Both the position numbers and the translations under genes were made by a program. Positions 1 to 9,518 of a stretch of 64,000 bases of DNA are shown piece after piece. Location: IMG/VR virus record IMGVR_UViG_2724679514_000002, positions 5,998-69,997 of that record, one strand, 5' to 3'. The notes beneath the pieces were generated by a model. The model was not told the DNA's origin. It saw only the letters and a program-made list of their open reading frames with translations, and did not search any database. Source of the DNA: a virus. Its lineage: Duplodnaviria > Caudoviricetes. Position 1 is the stretch's first letter. Every line of letters begins with the position of its first letter.

Positions 1-207
1 GATACTGATGCCCTTGAATTTTATGCAATGGCACTAGAAACTTCTCTCACAAACCCTGAGGAAATAGAAAAGGCCGTCACCCCAGAAGCGATACTGAAAC
101 GAGTCATGATGATGCAACAAGAGATAGGTCAGAGAATGGAAACGGCCGTCATTTTAGATAATATACTGGAAATACTCACAAGGCTGCGACAAGGGTTAGA
201 GAAATGA
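1..207 (+). CDS. hypothetical protein, 5' truncated by window edge
   Basis: Frame 1 is open from base 1 to TGA at 205-207 (DTDALEFYAM...RQGLEK*); stop overlaps the next ATG (ATGA). Confidence 0.6.
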   Translation, partial: DTDALEFYAMALETSLTNPEEIEKAVTPEAILKRVMMMQQEIGQRMETAVILDNILEILTRLRQGLEK

Positions 208-362
208 TCAGAAGAGAAATCAAAGAGCGACCTATTTTATTTTCTGGGTATTTTTGGATTTATCCAAGAATTTCTTTTTGGTTGCTTTGGGTATCTATCA
301 ACGGACCTGACTCATGGCAATTAAACCCTTGGGTGTGGGTGATTGAGTTTAAGAAATTATGA
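204..362 (+). pseudogene. 52-aa, internally deleted remnant of a common phage protein (KERPILFS...NPWVWVIEF type, ASCH-like)
   Basis: My translation: MIRREIKERPILFSGYFWIYPRISFWLLWVSINGPDSWQLNPWVWVIEFKKL; ATGA overlaps at both ends. Confidence 0.55.
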
Positions 363-808
363 AACAGCAAATCGAAGTCACACTTGATCAGTTTCTATCC
401 GCATTCGACGAGGGTGTGGAACTGGCCAAAGAAAAACCAGTTGTCACGACTAACGTGCGCGTTGAAGACAGAACGGTTTTTACGGGAGAGAGATTTTATT
501 TGGTTGAATCTCGCAAGACAGGGGACTTGTGTTTTGCATCGCGTTGTCTCGAACAGACAGCAGAACAAGAGGGCTGTTATCAGGTAACCCGTTATTCGGA
601 CAATAAACGTCGATGGGTGACGACAGAAGAATTCACGACGCAATTTAAACGACTGAAAGGTAAGCCAGAACGCGTCTACGTTGGCAACGTGTTAGGCGTT
701 GGTCATGATTACAAGCAGGCGGCAATCGAAGATAACGAGTCTGGAACTTTGTTAAGCGAAGTGATTGATAACATGCGAAAAAATAAACAGAGTAGGGAGG
801 TTGCATAG
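359..808 (+). CDS. hypothetical phage protein
   Basis: 149-aa ORF in tightly packed + operon. Confidence 0.75.
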   Translation: MKQQIEVTLDQFLSAFDEGVELAKEKPVVTTNVRVEDRTVFTGERFYLVESRKTGDLCFASRCLEQTAEQEGCYQVTRYSDNKRRWVTTEEFTTQFKRLKGKPERVYVGNVLGVGHDYKQAAIEDNESGTLLSEVIDNMRKNKQSREVA

Positions 809-813
809 ATCAG

Positions 814-1341
814 ATGGTTGTCGCAAAAAATCAACGATGGAATTTTGGAAACAAGAGTGCTGGAAAGAAATATAAAAAGAATGAGCCGCGATTCGAAAAA
901 TCTCAGTTCGAACCATTGACCGAAAAAATTTTGATTGGAATAGACCCAGGAACCGAAACTGGTTTCGCAATTTGGAATCAAGATTTAAAACAACTAACGC
1001 GCGTAATGACGTATTCCGTTTTAAAGGCACAAGACGAGGTCAAGGCATGTTTCGAAAAAGAAAAATCTCTCTGCTTGATCATTGAGGACGCACGAAAACG
1101 GAAGTGGTATGGTAAAAACTCTGACGCGAAACGGATGGGTGCCGGAAGCGTTAAACGCGATTGCACGATATGGGTAGAGTTTTGCAACAGAAACGGAATC
1201 CCATATCGTCTTGATCACCCGAAGCGTGGATTGACAAAAATCAAAGCCGCGGAATTTAAAATTCTTACAGGCTGGATGAAGAGGACGAGTGAACACGCAC
1301 GAGTTGCAGCGTTATTAGTATTTGGGCTGGGGCGATTTTGA
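814..1341 (+). CDS. RuvC-like (RNase H fold) Holliday junction resolvase/nuclease
   Basis: ILIGIDPGTETGFAIW and LIIED motifs; GGAGG SD upstream. Confidence 0.7.
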   Translation: MVVAKNQRWNFGNKSAGKKYKKNEPRFEKSQFEPLTEKILIGIDPGTETGFAIWNQDLKQLTRVMTYSVLKAQDEVKACFEKEKSLCLIIEDARKRKWYGKNSDAKRMGAGSVKRDCTIWVEFCNRNGIPYRLDHPKRGLTKIKAAEFKILTGWMKRTSEHARVAALLVFGLGRF

Positions 1342-1393
1342 ATAACATTTGCCTTAAGTAAAATTTTGAAGGATAGGAAGGAGTAATGACGAT

Positions 1394-1717
1394 ATGAAAG
1401 TATTTTTAATGGATGATTACGAATATTGGGCAGCAACATCTTTACGGCAACTGGCACGTTATTTTGCCCACGAAACAGAGAGTACAATTAGAGAATTTAT
1501 TACGGAGAGAATATCAAAAATTGTTGATATAGATGAGTATTATGTTTGGGAAGATGAAGACGCTATGATAAATCACAGAAGCTCTTACACGACGGAAGAG
1601 GATCGATATTGGTTGGAAAAGACGGGAGTCGTAATCACATTTCGAAAATATATAGAACATTGGATCAATTTCGGACATGATACAAATTGCCCCATCCCAA
1701 TTGCATGTATTGATTAA
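1394..1717 (+). CDS. hypothetical phage protein
   Basis: ORF with AGGAG SD. Confidence 0.75.
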   Translation: MKVFLMDDYEYWAATSLRQLARYFAHETESTIREFITERISKIVDIDEYYVWEDEDAMINHRSSYTTEEDRYWLEKTGVVITFRKYIEHWINFGHDTNCPIPIACID

Positions 1718-1729
1718 CGGATAAATAGC

Positions 1730-2050
1730 ATGGACAAATTAGAAAATGATAATGTTATTGATTTTAGAGAAATTGGCACATTGTCAGTAGATATTCCAAT
1801 TGATACATTAATACAATGTGAGCATAATAAGGTAAGTGTTATTAATGGGTCTGCATATCTAAAATGTAGGATTTGCTTGAAAGATATAGATCCGATTTGG
1901 TTTCTAAAAAAGATTGCCCTTAAAGAAGGAAGGCAACGTTGGCTTGAAGAAGTTATATCTGATCGGATAAATGATTTAAATCAAAAATTCGAAAATCAAA
2001 ATAAGTTAAAATGCGAACACTGTGGGAAATTTACAAGGATAATTAAATAG
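1730..2050 (+). CDS. Zn-finger hypothetical protein
   Basis: CEH...CRIC and CEHCGK motifs. Confidence 0.7.
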   Translation: MDKLENDNVIDFREIGTLSVDIPIDTLIQCEHNKVSVINGSAYLKCRICLKDIDPIWFLKKIALKEGRQRWLEEVISDRINDLNQKFENQNKLKCEHCGKFTRIIK

Positions 2051-2062
2051 GAGAAGAACTCA

Positions 2063-2254
2063 ATGAGTTATTTCGAAGATATTATAAAAACTGCAACCCC
2101 CGCTCGTGTTAGAGTCGATAAAAATGGAAGTCGATATCGAGGTGAAATCGGCTATATTCTTTCAAGCACAGCTAATGGTAAATTTAGAGTCGTTGTTGAA
2201 ACGGAAGGTAATCCCATAATTATTCTTGAAATTTCCCAGGTAGAACCATGCTGA
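2063..2254 (+). CDS. small hypothetical protein (SH3/KOW-like?)
   Basis: AGGAG SD; GSRYRGEIGYI pattern. Confidence 0.65.
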   Translation: MSYFEDIIKTATPARVRVDKNGSRYRGEIGYILSSTANGKFRVVVETEGNPIIILEISQVEPC

Positions 2255-2829
2255 ACTCACAAGAAAGACGCGAGTATATCGCTAAGGAGATTTTAAAATG
2301 GAAATTCCTACGCAAACATAATAGCGAATCTGGATTTTATATTATGTCAAATTGGGCATATGATGATAACGGAAGAATAATATCAATGCCTAGAGTGCCC
2401 AGAGCAGTGATGGTGGAGAAACTTCCAGATTTCGAATCTCTTCCCGAATGGGTCGGTCCTATCTGTGACGTTGTATTTCCGATGCTCTCGGAAAAAGGCT
2501 GGAGTATTTCTTTTCTAGGCAATGGATATGCATCTTTATGCGGTCCACTGGGTTGGGCAATATTGGACATCAGAACTGGTCCAATTTCCACAGTCCTCGT
2601 TGACGCTCATATAAAAATAGAAAATGATAAAATGGAAAGTTTTAAAGATGATCTTAAAATCATATCAGATTTTTCGAATGAAGAACTCAATAGCTTGGAA
2701 TTAGCATTCCATAAAATTCCCCACGAAAAAGAAATTCGTCTGAGTTTTTTTGCGACTTTCGTTGAGGGTGCAAAGGCCTATAGAGATATGCAGACCCAGA
2801 ATCCAAAAGGAAAACAAAATGGAAATTGA
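2248..2829 (+). CDS. hypothetical phage protein
   Basis: 193-aa ORF overlapping both neighbours. Confidence 0.7.
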   Translation: MLNSQERREYIAKEILKWKFLRKHNSESGFYIMSNWAYDDNGRIISMPRVPRAVMVEKLPDFESLPEWVGPICDVVFPMLSEKGWSISFLGNGYASLCGPLGWAILDIRTGPISTVLVDAHIKIENDKMESFKDDLKIISDFSNEELNSLELAFHKIPHEKEIRLSFFATFVEGAKAYRDMQTQNPKGKQNGN

Positions 2830-3097
2830 ATGTTATTTAATCACGACTCGTCACAAATCGATCTTTGGGGAAAATTGGCTCCTTTTTTGGGGTCCCAAAC
2901 GATCAGGTTATACCTCTGATCAAAAATCAGCAGGAATCTACAATATAGATTTTAAAAGTAAGTCATTGGACTATCCAATTTGTAAAACATGGGATCAATA
3001 TTCTAAATTTAAAAAAAGATACGGAGATTTCTATGTTCCGGTGTTCGAAGTAAAAAAGAAATCAAAAGAATTTACCTTAACCGAGGTTCCTCAATGA
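2819..3097 (+). CDS. hypothetical phage protein
   Basis: ATG 2819 after AAGGA SD (track start 2750 likely too long). Confidence 0.65.
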   Translation: MEIECYLITTRHKSIFGENWLLFWGPKRSGYTSDQKSAGIYNIDFKSKSLDYPICKTWDQYSKFKKRYGDFYVPVFEVKKKSKEFTLTEVPQ

Positions 3098-3339
3098 TAA
3101 AATTTTTACATAATACGCTCATTTGGTTAAAGCTAAATGATTCTATTCGTTTGATAGGGCATCCATTATTCTCATTTATAACGGTTTACTTAGAGCACTC
3201 CTATCGTTTCTGCACTAAACATTTAATTGTGTTAAATTTATATTATATTGCTTATACCGAAACCACACTCAAACGCTTGTATTTCGAATTTGGTTTATTA
3301 GGAGTTTGGATAAGCGTTTCGATCAGGTTAAGAAAATGA
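3094..3339 (+). CDS. hypothetical hydrophobic protein
   Basis: ATGA overlap, GAGG SD. Confidence 0.6.
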   Translation: MIKFLHNTLIWLKLNDSIRLIGHPLFSFITVYLEHSYRFCTKHLIVLNLYYIAYTETTLKRLYFEFGLLGVWISVSIRLRK

Positions 3340-3358
3340 ATGGAAGAGGAAAAACGAA

Positions 3359-3646
3359 ATGGAGAGGGATGAAAAAATCTTACGTTCGCTTGTATCAATT
3401 AAGGGTCGGGATTGGGTTGATTGGTTTACGGAAACAGCAAATGATTATGGTTCAATCGGAAATTATCGTGTTATAAAAAACCTGCGAGAAGAACAATTTG
3501 AGGAGGAACAGATCGAATGTTTTGGTGCAATTGGAAAAGCTTTTATAGACCAAGACGATCCTGGTGGGGGCGATGATTTTTATGGGACAATTTATTTTAA
3601 GCTAAATTCAAAACAACGTTATTTAAAATTTGATTATATTGTTTAA
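3359..3646 (+). CDS. hypothetical phage protein
   Basis: GAGGA SD, 95 aa. Confidence 0.7.
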   Translation: MERDEKILRSLVSIKGRDWVDWFTETANDYGSIGNYRVIKNLREEQFEEEQIECFGAIGKAFIDQDDPGGGDDFYGTIYFKLNSKQRYLKFDYIV

Positions 3647-3679
3647 AAAGAAAACGGGAATGGGCAATAGTAAGGAGGA

Positions 3680-4081
3680 ATGATGAACGTTTATGTAATT
3701 GCAGAAGATTACGAAGGCGAATATCCCAGGTTGGTATTTGCGAAAACAGAATTAAGGGCCAAGAGGTTGTATTGGGTTAGGGGCGCAAATGAAGAATACT
3801 GTGACTTCGATAAATTTTATTACATAAAGAAATTATCATCACAAGAATCATTAAATATACTTAACGTTATTGGAGATGTGCCTGACGGCGGTGTAATAGA
3901 TCTTGAGGATGATCTTCAAGATAAAAATTATGAAAAACTAAACCCCATTTTACGTAAAACGGGGTGGCGTTATGCACATGAGGAGAAATGTGAAATATGC
4001 GGATTGTATCCACTTGGGATGGAAGAGTATCTTTTAAATGATGAGGGCATTTGTAAGCAATGCGTAACTCTAGATGACTAA
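3680..4081 (+). CDS. hypothetical protein with C-terminal CxxC..CxxC
   Basis: AAGGAGG SD; CEIC, CKQC. Confidence 0.75.
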   Translation: MMNVYVIAEDYEGEYPRLVFAKTELRAKRLYWVRGANEEYCDFDKFYYIKKLSSQESLNILNVIGDVPDGGVIDLEDDLQDKNYEKLNPILRKTGWRYAHEEKCEICGLYPLGMEEYLLNDEGICKQCVTLDD

Positions 4082-4149
4082 CGACGACATCATCAAACTC
4101 ATATCGATGTATACGGTAGGTGGTACGGCCGTCGGATACGCTATGATCT

Positions 4150-4515
4150 ATGTATTCGTTTGGTTACCGATGCGGTGGTTTGTGGATGAATGTGTTGGAG
4201 ACGATGGACAAAATCATGAGTGATGTCAAGACGAGACCAGAGTCACATTATACAAAACGTATATTGCATACATTTGCAAGCGAGAAGTCTGTACTAATCG
4301 AGATAGATTATTATTATCCAATTGGGCCACAAGTATCGTTTGTAGTTAGCGGTTATTATAATGGTCAACCTTTAGTCAAAGGAGTATTTTATCGAGATGC
4401 AATAGGAGACGTTACAACGTACGAAGAAGTCACAGCATTAACTCGCCTTGAGATAAGAGAACTGACATATAAAATTTACGAAGAAGTGGATAAAGTTTTA
4501 GAAATGATTGAATGA
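4150..4515 (+). CDS. hypothetical protein (start uncertain)
   Basis: 121-aa ORF, same orientation as operon. Confidence 0.6.
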   Translation: MYSFGYRCGGLWMNVLETMDKIMSDVKTRPESHYTKRILHTFASEKSVLIEIDYYYPIGPQVSFVVSGYYNGQPLVKGVFYRDAIGDVTTYEEVTALTRLEIRELTYKIYEEVDKVLEMIE

Positions 4516-4568
4516 TTGATGTTGTTTACATAAAAAACAACGCAATATAAAATAGAGGAGTATAATTT

Positions 4569-4913
4569 GTGAATACAGATAAATTAGAAATCAATGAAAA
4601 AAGAAATATTAAAGCATATTCGAGTAAACGAAAGACTGAAGTAACTCAAAATCCGCACTCAAATAAAAATAAGATTATTAATATTAGTAAAAGAAAAGAC
4701 AGAATAAAAAATAAATCATACTCTAAAGAAATTGAATTGAACCCTTTGAAAAAAAATTTATCAAAAGCAATTTCCAAACATTTGGAAGTAACTATTGAAT
4801 TGTGTGATAACTTGCAGCCTTATTTACAAGAACATCCATCTGAGTTTTTACAATTATGGAAGGCATATTTAGATTCCATAGCACGCCTGAAAACAAAATG
4901 TGATGAAACCTAA
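4569..4913 (+). CDS. hypothetical basic protein
   Basis: GAGGAG SD before GTG; Lys-rich. Confidence 0.65.
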   Translation: MNTDKLEINEKRNIKAYSSKRKTEVTQNPHSNKNKIINISKRKDRIKNKSYSKEIELNPLKKNLSKAISKHLEVTIELCDNLQPYLQEHPSEFLQLWKAYLDSIARLKTKCDET

Positions 4914-4952
4914 ATAGATTTTAATATAAATAAGAATCGCATACGTTTACTT

Positions 4953-4991
4953 AATAAATGACGGTATTTTATTTTGTCATCTGGCAAAAAA
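4953..4991 (+). repeat. 39-bp repeat, copy A (perfect inverted copy at 45124-45162)
   Basis: AATAAATGACGGTATTTTATTTTGTCATCTGGCAAAAAA, 39/39 identical to the reverse complement of 45124-45162. Confidence 0.95.
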
Positions 4992-4993
4992 AT

Positions 4994-5013
4994 CTCGGGA
5001 CTATTGTCCCGAG
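4994..5013 (-). terminator. hairpin, probable intrinsic terminator of the lysis/late transcript
   Basis: CTCGGGAC-tatt-GTCCCGAG stem; flanking A7 run reads as a U-tract on the - strand; lies between convergent genes. Confidence 0.6.
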
Positions 5014-5048
5014 GTAGTTGTAAGCAAGAGAAGAAAAATCAATACAAT

Positions 5049-5486
5049 CTATGGCGCAACAATCAATTCCTTCGTTTCGTCGGTTGGGTTTGCGGCCGAT
5101 CCTCCGAACCAACTTACAAACCTGTAAACGTATGCGGCTCTAAACGCACTCATTCCATCTTCTAAACAAATTTTTTTTAGAATCTGATCTGCAGTATCAC
5201 GGTATTTAATGTGGTCTAATTTTTCCTCCCTCATCAATTGATAGAGTGCGTCGTGTACTAGTGACCCTCTCATAAAGGTTTTTGTGTCGAACGTCGGACC
5301 GCTTGGGCCATCCCACGCATACCCGGCCTCTATATGCAATAGGCCGTCTGGATCCAAAGAGACAAATGTTTTTATCCGATGTCCGACATGAACTCGGCTA
5401 TCCGTTTTAATGTTTGTCTGATAATCGTAAGATCGAACAAGTTCGTATTTATAGTTATTTAGATTTTTATAAATTATTCGATCCAT
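5049..5486 (-). CDS. DUF1353-family protein
   Basis: AGYAWDGPSGP...SLVHDALY...ADQILKKIC motif. Confidence 0.8.
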   Translation of the reverse strand: MDRIIYKNLNNYKYELVRSYDYQTNIKTDSRVHVGHRIKTFVSLDPDGLLHIEAGYAWDGPSGPTFDTKTFMRGSLVHDALYQLMREEKLDHIKYRDTADQILKKICLEDGMSAFRAAYVYRFVSWFGGSAANPTDETKELIVAP

Positions 5487-5694
5487 TGCTGTCTCCGTCC
5501 TTGTTTTTGCCGATAAATCCGATCGCTGCGAACCCCGCTGCTATCGCTAAACAAGCTTGGCTCCAATCCGCCTTGTCGATAAAGACTGATACCACTCCAC
5601 CGATTACAATCAACACTCCTAAAATTGTTGAGATCCTTCCCTTGGTCGCATTATCAGAGAGATATTTCCAAAGTGATTTTTTATGTTTCGTCAT
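5467..5694 (-). CDS. putative holin / small 2-TM membrane protein
   Basis: Two hydrophobic helices and a charged C-terminus, next to the endolysin. Confidence 0.6.
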   Translation of the reverse strand: MTKHKKSLWKYLSDNATKGRISTILGVLIVIGGVVSVFIDKADWSQACLAIAAGFAAIGFIGKNKDGDSNGSNNL

Positions 5695-5715
5695 ATTATA
5701 TTTCCTTTATGTATT

Positions 5716-6168
5716 TTATCCTATTAAGATCCGTTTGTATTGCATTTTGCCCGGTGTCCCAAACGCGTTTAAAACTTCTTTCTTAGGTTTAAATCCAATT
5801 GGTGCAACAGAGACATGGACCCAGGTAACACCCGAAGACGTGCCCTCGTTAATCAATTGGTGGAATGGCAAATTGAGTTTAATAATTTCCTCCACGATGT
5901 TTTTTGTTGTGAGTCCTTGGACGCAAATGTCAGCTGCTTCGCCACTCATATGTTGCGACGTAATGCTCCCTTTCACTTTCCGGTTTACAGCCGGTGATCG
6001 GAATCCTGAGTTTACAATAATCGGTTTATCAATTGCTTGCCTTAGTGGTTCGAGTATTGTTTCACAAAGCCTTTTTAGATTTGCAATTTGGCGTTCATCA
6101 GGATTATTCTCAAGACCTGTTTGTGTAACGGTCATTTCTTTTAATGTAAAATTTTCAGTTAGATTCAT
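5716..6168 (-). CDS. peptidase M15A family endolysin
   Basis: SGFRSPAVN...SQHMSGEAADI...WVHVS zinc-binding motifs. Confidence 0.9.
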   Translation of the reverse strand: MNLTENFTLKEMTVTQTGLENNPDERQIANLKRLCETILEPLRQAIDKPIIVNSGFRSPAVNRKVKGSITSQHMSGEAADICVQGLTTKNIVEEIIKLNLPFHQLINEGTSSGVTWVHVSVAPIGFKPKKEVLNAFGTPGKMQYKRILIG

Positions 6169-6782
6169 AATTTTTTCCTAAGTAAAATTCCGATTCCCGT
6201 TGCTGCCTCTTCGATTTCTTGTTTTTGAGGGATGCGATTAATTTCTTCATGCCACGATACGGATACAAAACCTTCTATTTTCCCTTTGTATTCGATTTTA
6301 GCAAATAAATGTGCTTTGATTTTGTTAAACCGAAATATATCTTTCCAAGCCGATGATTCTGGTAATGTTTCTGTTAGCAGGTAAACGGAATCAGATTCGC
6401 AAATAGGTTTAATAATTTCTAACGATTGAGATATACTTTGGTTCGTATAAAAATTATTAAAATCATAAGGGTAAGCCATTCCTGATTTAACTACAATATT
6501 TGTGAGAGAAAATTTTTCTACGCCCGTGCCGTTATGATAATATTCACCATTGTGGAATAAAAATACCTTTGCGCGGCTTGCTTTATAATGATCTCGTAAA
6601 ACAGCAAGCAACTCCTGGACAGACGTATTCCGATTTAATTCTCTCTGAATTTTCCCTCGATCACGATAGGATTTAAGCCATTGCGCGCACTTATCAGATA
6701 TATATTTTATAACGGTTATAGTTGCTACGCCTGCAACTATACCAGTTTCCGAAAGAATTTCCTCGATCACGGCGGATCCCAT
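6165..6782 (-). CDS. N-terminal TM plus GAF-like domain protein, possible T4 gpT-like holin
   Basis: Hydrophobic N-terminal segment; ASRAKVFLFHNG...IEGFVSVSW GAF-like pattern; stop overlaps endolysin start. Confidence 0.5.
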   Translation of the reverse strand: MGSAVIEEILSETGIVAGVATITVIKYISDKCAQWLKSYRDRGKIQRELNRNTSVQELLAVLRDHYKASRAKVFLFHNGEYYHNGTGVEKFSLTNIVVKSGMAYPYDFNNFYTNQSISQSLEIIKPICESDSVYLLTETLPESSAWKDIFRFNKIKAHLFAKIEYKGKIEGFVSVSWHEEINRIPQKQEIEEAATGIGILLRKKL

Positions 6783-7489
6783 CCTGTGTTTATATCAAAT
6801 GTAAGCAGCTCACTTACGGACGCAGATTGTATCTCGGACTTTAAACTAAACGCGTTTTGTAGCAGACTCGTTTTTCGTTTCGCGCCATCGCCAAGGACCT
6901 GCTTAATTTGATCTGCTGTGTGCGCGCGATATTCCCTAAGCCCATTTTGATCTGCGCATTTATACATTACGATTTCGTTAAGTGATACTAGGCCAACTAG
7001 GTTTAGCTGGTCGTCTTGATTGCTGTCATACGTATGAGTAGATCCAAGTGCGTTTGACTTAAATCCAGAGACAATCTTAGTAGCACAGATGGCATTAACA
7101 TTGTTGATGATTTTTTTCCGTAACAGATCAATATCCAATTCCCAACCGTTAGGGGTATAGACTTGGTTTTCTAAGCGATTTCCGGCAATGTCTTTCAACG
7201 GCTCTATCTCCGTTTCTGTCTCTACGTCTATTTGCTCTTCCCAACTCTGCAGAACCCTTTCTTTTCCGGTAGCCTTGTTAAATACCGGCTTCGGTTTGAA
7301 GTCTTGTGCTACTCCGTCTTTGATCTCTGCTGCAAACGTATCTCCGATTTGCGGATTGTAGTGGAGAGAATATATAATCTCGTGTTGATCTTTTTTGTAA
7401 TCACCCCACGCGTCCACGCCTGTCAGTTTGTTGGGATATGGGTTTATCCAAATAACTCGTTTATTCGTTTTATCTAATATATAATTCAT
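6767..7489 (-). CDS. DUF4376-like tail fibre assembly protein
   Basis: GFKSNALGSTHTYDSNQDDQLNL...HTADQIKQV motif; directly follows tail fibre. Confidence 0.75.
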   Translation of the reverse strand: MNYILDKTNKRVIWINPYPNKLTGVDAWGDYKKDQHEIIYSLHYNPQIGDTFAAEIKDGVAQDFKPKPVFNKATGKERVLQSWEEQIDVETETEIEPLKDIAGNRLENQVYTPNGWELDIDLLRKKIINNVNAICATKIVSGFKSNALGSTHTYDSNQDDQLNLVGLVSLNEIVMYKCADQNGLREYRAHTADQIKQVLGDGAKRKTSLLQNAFSLKSEIQSASVSELLTFDINTGWDPP

Positions 7490-8877
7490 TATGCTACCCT
7501 CACTTTGTATTTTACTGCTACGTATGCAGGGGTGGTTTCGTCTCCGGTTCGGGGAGCTCCATTTTGTCCATCGGACGTAGGCGCACCAACTGAAACATTT
7601 ATGCCTGCTTGCCCAAGCGCTCCACCAGCGTAACCACTGCCGCCGCTCCCCGCAAACCCACCAGCGCCGTTCGGAACTACGCTCGAAGAATGATAGTGCC
7701 TCTGCGCCTGATCCTGTCCCGCAAACCCAACAGCACCACCGTCATAATTCCCACCTGCTGCCTTCGCTCTTGTTCCGTGCACTCCTGCACCTCTTGCAAA
7801 AATCCCTCTTCGATCCGGAATATTAAACGTAGTAGACCCATCCCCAAAACTATATTCAACGTTTATAATCATTTCCCCGGTTTGCGAAGATGTAAGGTCT
7901 ATAATTGCGCCCGTAGAAGTTGCTGAAATCTGAAAGTCATTTGTGGTTGGGTTACGTACATAATAATTAGTTAATGCTGTTACTCCTCCCCCTGTAAAAG
8001 AAAACTTTACAAGTTGACCCTCAACACATCCATGATTTGTACAACTGATTCGATCAGTTGATGCAGTTATACCTGTTATATTTTTGCGTACTAAATTCCA
8101 GAGTGTAGCGTAAATACCTGTTCGTAAGATCGTTTGTCCATTTGGTGTTTTGTATCTAGATGGATCTAATTGATCAAAAGGGTCTTCACACATGTCACCA
8201 AGAACAATCGGGTCTAAAATAACATCACCAGTTTGTCCATTAACTGAACGAACTGGTATTATGAAATCCTCTACTGTGAATAGTGTTCCATTTTTGTTTT
8301 TTGGAATCTTTATAGAATTTATAATTTTATTAACTGAAATAATGTTACCAAATGCATTGTCTTTTTTATATTCAAACCACTTAATTCTTCCTGATGTAGG
8401 TGTAGGAAAAGAAGCTGTGTTATTATAGTTTTCATAGATTTTAAGTTGGTAAACTTTTCTAGTATTTGCGCTTTGCTGGTAAGAGGAATTAGAAGAAATA
8501 TTGAAAAATTGTAAATCAACTAGATCTGAGTCTAACGAAACTAATTCAATTTCATAAAATCCCCAAAATGCCTGGGGAGTAGGCTGAAGAGATAAAGATT
8601 CTAGGAAATAAATCTCATCGTCTTTTATCATTCCCCCTTTTTTGGTATTAATTGTAGTGGAATTAAAATTTGAAATTTCTCCACCAAACCACTGATATTC
8701 TCCAGATTCTAGACAAAATAGTTCTCGAATGAGCATGGTAATTGCTTTAGGATAAACTAATATATCATCTTCAAGACCTGGTGCGAGCCCAACCATTTTA
8801 GCGTTAACACGTTGATTTGGATTGTATATTGCTCTCTTAGTGATAGAATTGTTTGTAGCAACGCTGACAGTTGTCAT
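7489..8877 (-). CDS. tail fibre protein with tail-collar domain
   Basis: VRSVNGQTGDV, GDGSTTFNIPDRRGIFARG, QDQAQRHYH, RTGDETTP motifs. Confidence 0.85.
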   Translation of the reverse strand: MTTVSVATNNSITKRAIYNPNQRVNAKMVGLAPGLEDDILVYPKAITMLIRELFCLESGEYQWFGGEISNFNSTTINTKKGGMIKDDEIYFLESLSLQPTPQAFWGFYEIELVSLDSDLVDLQFFNISSNSSYQQSANTRKVYQLKIYENYNNTASFPTPTSGRIKWFEYKKDNAFGNIISVNKIINSIKIPKNKNGTLFTVEDFIIPVRSVNGQTGDVILDPIVLGDMCEDPFDQLDPSRYKTPNGQTILRTGIYATLWNLVRKNITGITASTDRISCTNHGCVEGQLVKFSFTGGGVTALTNYYVRNPTTNDFQISATSTGAIIDLTSSQTGEMIINVEYSFGDGSTTFNIPDRRGIFARGAGVHGTRAKAAGGNYDGGAVGFAGQDQAQRHYHSSSVVPNGAGGFAGSGGSGYAGGALGQAGINVSVGAPTSDGQNGAPRTGDETTPAYVAVKYKVRVA

Positions 8878-9518
8878 TGATTTTCTCCTATAAAATCTTT
8901 ATCTAAAAATCCATTATCTAAATGCAAATAACCGAATTCAGGATATTCATTAATTACACCCGCAAAAGCACCAATACCTGCACATTTTATTTGATAAATT
9001 GTTCTTAAAAGTGATGCATCAATATCAAAAATCGTATTAAATATTATATAAATTGCATTAGTATGATGAGTAAGAACGGAACCATAAGGTTTGTTTCTTA
9101 ATACAGGGGTATCAAGATGAGAAACATTCAAAAAAAAACCCAGTTCTTGTGCTTCTTTGATCTCAACGTGATCTAAATCTTTAATTAAATTTTTAATTGC
9201 TGGTAGTGTACCGACAATGGATAATAATTTAGAGAGTATTTTGGCTCTATATTCGTAATCAGGCAAATTAGTGTCATTTGCTACTCCTAAAAACTCTCCC
9301 CAAGCATTAAGTAAAAATCCACTAGCATTTGTTAAAGTAAATTCATCAACTAAACGCTTGATGAAACGATAATGCCATTCTATTCCATTATAAATTGCAC
9401 CTTTATTTATATCGTTTATATTTTGAATATGATTCTTTTCTTTGCGGTCAGGATCATAGAATAAAGCTCGAAATACCTTTCCAGATTTATTAAAAAGTGA
9501 AAGATACTTATCGATCAT
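8874..9518 (-). CDS. baseplate wedge protein (gpI-like)
   Basis: ASGFLLNAWGEFLGV...DYEYRAKI motif; follows baseplate J. Confidence 0.7.
   Translation of the reverse strand: MIDKYLSLFNKSGKVFRALFYDPDRKEKNHIQNINDINKGAIYNGIEWHYRFIKRLVDEFTLTNASGFLLNAWGEFLGVANDTNLPDYEYRAKILSKLLSIVGTLPAIKNLIKDLDHVEIKEAQELGFFLNVSHLDTPVLRNKPYGSVLTHHTNAIYIIFNTIFDIDASLLRTIYQIKCAGIGAFAGVINEYPEFGYLHLDNGFLDKDFIGENQ

Noticed and set aside
5414-6181. 255-aa + strand ORF
   Set aside because: Antisense shadow of the endolysin and holin genes, which have clear motifs
7489-8877. Diversity-generating retroelement or invertible tail-fibre cassette
   Set aside because: No reverse transcriptase, invertase or second copy of the tip region seen in the window
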